Of a DNA stretch of 64,000 nucleotides, positions 62,801 to 64,000 are shown one piece after another (positions within the stretch are counted from its first letter, which is position 1; every line of letters starts with the position of its first letter). The notes beneath the pieces were generated by a model. The model did no database searches and was not told the origin of the DNA. It saw only the letters and a list, made by a program, of their open reading frames with translations. Origin of the DNA: Tubulanus polymorphus (Eukaryota; Animalia; Nemertea); the NCBI RefSeq assembly GCF_964204645.1, contig NC_134032.1, positions 9,412,275 through 9,476,274 of the forward strand, given 5' to 3'. Both the position numbers and the translations under genes were made by a program.

Positions 62801-63173
62801 TGAAAAATAAATGATATTTTAAGAACTGGGTCCAGTTTCACAAATGAGTTCTTCATCTTCAATTCTTTGTAGTTGCTTTTGGTAAATTCACTTTTTCGCT
62901 ACGAAAATCAATACAGCATCTGCGAACAAGAGTTGCTCTTGGTCCATGGTCTCGTCCATGGTCTCAATTAGTATTGAAAATACCCGGTATTTAATTTTTT
63001 CAATTTTTCTAATTTTTTCCAGTAAAACGAAGTTAAAGGCATTGTACGGAAAGTGGATCGAAGCTTTATACAGTGTCAGTGTCGAGGTATATGAGACATT
63101 TTGTCGTTCTAACAACCGAAGTAACTCTAATAGCGCTACCAATTCTCCCTCTCACTCGGGTAAACCACCTCCG
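20869..63173 (+). CDS. OSBPL1A: Oxysterol-binding protein-related protein 1 (ORP1L-like: ankyrin repeats, PH, FFAT, ORD); 3'-incomplete, continues beyond the window
   Basis: Exons 20869-21007, 21586-21671, 22126-22200, 23100-23211, 23706-23791, 24203-24347, 24936-25048, 25759-25896, 26337-26567, 26802-26901, 39127-39233, 40535-40817, 42453-42585, 54154-54229, 58749-58883, 60037-60134, 61211-61387, 61736-61814, 62469-62587, 63023-63173. 861 codons, all GT-AG, phases consistent. Motifs: LLYQARHGN..VNCKGMSKSNYGWSPLHLAAYFGH, GDTALHKAAF, GNTGLHLASYRGH (ankyrin); FGWRGFWVVLERGVMSYY (PH); EFYDCDE (FFAT); RTSLPVPMFSRNDFSVWSILKKCIGKELSKITMPVIFNEPLSFLQR, KPFNPLLGETYE, EQVSHHPP, VHNIIVGKLWVE (ORD). Confidence 0.95.
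22478..22990. repeat. ~75-bp tandem repeat (GTGGATCCTCACTTGCCACAAGTAGAATCCTCTATTGTC family)
   Basis: Units start at about 22484, 22559, 22633 and 22708. Further arrays at 37760-38090 (reverse) and 60190-60570. Confidence 0.85.
25091..25414. mobile_element. MITE family with CAGGGTGGCCAC termini and internal AAGTCAGGGAA repeats
   Basis: CAGGGTGGCCACTT ... AAGTGGCCACTCTG. Related copies at about 32540-32772, 36862-37279, 39405-39648, 42640-42890, 45531-45812 and 58918-59226. Confidence 0.75.
25915..26310. repeat. ~65-bp dispersed minisatellite (GATGATGTCATAGGGGGATTTATGGAGGCAGCCATCTTTT)
   Basis: About 6 degenerate units. Same family at 23300-23520, 38758-39055, 46240-46430, 50820-51270, 52070-52250 and 61850-62075. 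Confidence 0.8.
27306..27428. repeat. (GA)n and (CA)n microsatellites
   Basis: GA run at about 27306-27329 and CA run at about 27402-27428. Confidence 0.9.
27720..28390. repeat. Degenerate tandem array derived from a Harbinger-like MITE arm (GGGGCTGGTTTTATAAACCAGT...)
   Basis: Repeated CTGGTTTTATA(G/A)ACCAGT-like units resemble the arms of the MITE at 37136-37242. Confidence 0.55.
29841..30154. mobile_element. MITE with AGCCGCGATCACACG terminal inverted repeats
   Basis: AGCCGCGATCACACG ... CGTGTGATCGCGGCT; internal AAATTTGGCCCG repeats. Confidence 0.8.
31291..31560. repeat. 60-bp tandem repeat, about 4.5 copies
   Basis: AGTAACCAATCATAATTTCAATGAATCGTTGAAGTCATTGAGAATAAGAAAGTCGTCATT recurs at exact 60-bp spacing. 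Confidence 0.95.
32104..32344. mobile_element. piggyBac-like MITE family (TTAA-CCCTTTCAG...CTGAAAGGG-TTAA)
   Basis: TTAA-flanked CC(C)TTTCAG/CTGAAAGGG ends with internal ACACCGCAGTGCGGTGT palindromes. Other copies at about 40172-40468, 57302-57570 and 59614-59890. Confidence 0.7.
34427..34585. mobile_element. Palindromic repeat family B with Penelope-type minimal hammerhead-like core on each arm
   Basis: Long inverted repeat; right arm GAAGATAACTATTAGAACATAGTCGAAACGTCGAATAAAC. Sister copy at 50625-50790, fragments at 30835-30890, 48830-49010 and 59950-60030. Confidence 0.6.
35177..35823. mobile_element. PIF/Harbinger-like MITE with 40-bp perfect terminal inverted repeats and TAA duplication
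   Basis: AGGCTGGCTTATGTCGACAAGCAACGCGACGCCTACCGAC occurs at both ends, inverted. It is inserted into a minisatellite unit whose empty form GTGTGTGTTTAATAGGACTCTGG appears at about 35891. Confidence 0.9.
35824..36320. repeat. ~39-bp minisatellite (GACTCTGGATCCAGTTCCACAGTTGTGTGGGTTTAATTT)
   Basis: About 12 degenerate units; the same family is arrayed at 52440-52980. Confidence 0.85.
37136..37242. mobile_element. Palindromic Harbinger-like MITE nested inside a CAGGGTGGCCAC-family MITE
   Basis: GGGCCAGTTTTATAGACTGGTAT ... ATACCAGTCTATAAAACCGGCCC with a CAG duplication on both sides. Confidence 0.8.
41105..41630. repeat. ~53-bp tandem repeat (GACTTCTGGAGTCTTTGACTTAAAGGAGTCC) with degenerate flanking units
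   Basis: Near-identical units at about 41188, 41240, 41294 and 41348. Confidence 0.8.
43960..44195. repeat. 24-bp tandem repeat (ACTGTGGAACCAATTAAACCCGCA)
   Basis: About 8 units; explains the KPATVEPI-repeat ORF. Confidence 0.9.
44648..44703 (+). CDS. Candidate alternative first coding exon of a short ORD-only ORP1 isoform (MAGHATGPDTTRREVYPY-R)
   Basis: GGGATGG start context, upstream in-frame stop at 44588, strong donor CAG|GTAAGC in phase 2 matching the acceptor at 54154. GA-rich, CpG-rich promoter-like sequence upstream. Confidence 0.6.
46545..46770 (-). mobile_element. tRNA-derived SINE with L2-like 3' tail
   Basis: Minus strand carries an A-box-like TGGTCTAGTGTGG, B-box GGTTCGAATCC and tail GTAAAGTGCTTTAGAGCC...GGAATAAGGTGCTATACAAATT. 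Confidence 0.7.
46919..47012 (+). mobile_element. 3'-truncated copy of the same tRNA-derived SINE head
   Basis: AGCTGCGCAC..GGTCTA.TGTGGCAGGG....GCCATCAGGTTCGAATCCCTGCCG..GGGAGGATG matches the neighbouring minus-strand copy. Confidence 0.65.
49291..49754. mobile_element. Harbinger-like MITE, TAA duplication
   Basis: Imperfect inverted ends (..TACATCGACA..GCGA..GG.GACAACTAGTTGC / GCAACTAGTTGTCGCC..TCGC..TGTCGATGTA..) flanked by TAA. Confidence 0.65.
50625..50790. mobile_element. Palindromic repeat family B (hammerhead-like arms)
   Basis: ATCTAGTCCAAAATGTTTCCTTGAGCTAGTAGTTTATT ... AATAAACTACTAGCTCAAGGAAACATTTCGGACTAGAT. Confidence 0.65.
53360..53433 (+). CDS. Second candidate alternative first coding exon for an ORD-only isoform (MASETRWNFPDRALKKTFAHRRHI-R)
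   Basis: ATAATGG start context, 74 nt ending AAG|GTGTTG in phase 2, compatible with the acceptor at 54154. (GA)n and CA-rich tracts upstream. The donor is only moderate. Confidence 0.45.
53470..53935. repeat. Degenerate tandem repeat (CTGGTGTTTGTAGTTCATTTTC...CTGATAAAAA)
   Basis: Five recurrences of GGTGTTTGTAGTT-like blocks. Confidence 0.7.
56280..56470. repeat. Polypyrimidine low-complexity tract
   Basis: About 190 bp of almost pure C/T; purine-rich counterparts at 39940-40080 and 57915-58045. Confidence 0.85.
57543..57855. repeat. 157-bp direct tandem duplication
   Basis: Two near-identical copies starting GTG(C/T)AGATGTAGATGCACTGAAAGGGTT at 57543 and 57700. Confidence 0.9.
62096..62295. 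mobile_element. Interspersed repeat containing a B-box-like motif; inverted relative of 30665-30838
   Basis: ATTAGCACTCA.GCC.CCCGTATCC...CCTATTACTCCTCAAGC...AACGGTTGTAGTGG.ATTCGAACCCAA is the reverse complement of the 30665-30838 block. Confidence 0.65.
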
Positions 63174-63367
63174 GTATGTACCGGTACTGTCCACCAGATG
63201 GCGCAGTCTTCTTCTCGCGGTCGTTTTTAGCTTGTCATCACGCGTGCTACTTAGAGATTCGTTCATTTATATATATATATATATATTTTTCCGATCATAT
63301 TTTCGTTATTGTTCACTACCTATGTTTTTATACCTCACGGGGGAAATTATATATGTAAGCTAGGAAA

Positions 63368-64000
63368 TACAGTAGACTCTGTCTCTTACTCGGTTCAGTT
63401 CAGACCTGTAAAATTTTATACCGAGTTGGTGTAAGAGTAGTAAGAGTTACTGAAATACAGTAGTAGACTCTAAATTTAAAATCCCACAATTGTTGAAATC
63501 TAGAAAGTTTATTGAAAATACTTGAAATGTTTCGGGTGGTTACTTTCACCCTTCAAGAAGGATAGTAGTTACCACCCAAAATATTTCTTGGATTTTAGAT
63601 AATCTTTTTAGTCTTTTTCAACATTTGTGGGATTTTACATATATTCTTTCATCATGTTTATTGTGATCTACTGATTCAATAGAGTAGACTCCGTCTCTTA
63701 CCGCGGTAAAGTTGAGACTCATAGAATACTACCCCGAGTAGGTGTTGAATACTGGGCAAGAAAGAGTTTGTGAAATACTTTAGGCTCTGTCTCTTGCTCC
63801 GTCAAGATGAGACTTGTGAAATTCTAGCCTGAGATGCGTCTCAAATACTATGTAAGAGTTTGTAAAATACAGTACATTCTGTCTCTTACTCGGTTATACT
63901 ACCCCAAGTTGGGTCGAAATAGCGACTAAAATTTTGAGAGATAGACTAGACTCTGCCTCTTACTGCGGTATAGTCAAGACGGTTTAGAATTTTACCCCCA
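63368..64000. repeat. Degenerate tandem repeat (TAGACTCTGTCTCTTACTCGG), interrupted by a family A palindrome
   Basis: Motif recurs at about 63373, 63685, 63781, 63873 and 63947. Confidence 0.7.

Overview
Eukaryotic (animal, probably invertebrate) genomic DNA, AT-rich, with spliceosomal GT-AG introns. Most ORF-track entries are spurious or single exons. Exon phases were spliced by hand, giving four protein-coding genes, all on the + strand. (1) A 9-exon gamma-glutamyl hydrolase (GGH)-like gene, 2904-7602, 309 aa, with no signal peptide and an altered His-Ala-Asp triad motif. (2) A 2-exon, highly divergent forkhead gene, 10254-13319, 742 aa, whose domain end resembles FoxQ2. (3) A single-Ig type I membrane protein, 15041-15709. 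(4) A large ORP1L/OSBPL1A-like gene (ankyrin-PH-FFAT-ORD) from 20869 that runs off the right edge, with 20 exons in the window. Three minus-strand tRNA-Leu(UAA) copies (two identical, one degenerate) lie between genes 3 and 4, within a local duplication that also carries a dead fragment of the Ig gene. Introns contain many MITEs, a SINE pair and dispersed minisatellites, and a LINE fragment lies between genes 1 and 2. The most notable signals are phase-compatible internal first exons that would give ORD-only and FFAT+ORD isoforms from one locus, three FFAT-like motifs, two families of palindromic elements carrying Penelope-type minimal hammerhead cores, and the atypical GGH.
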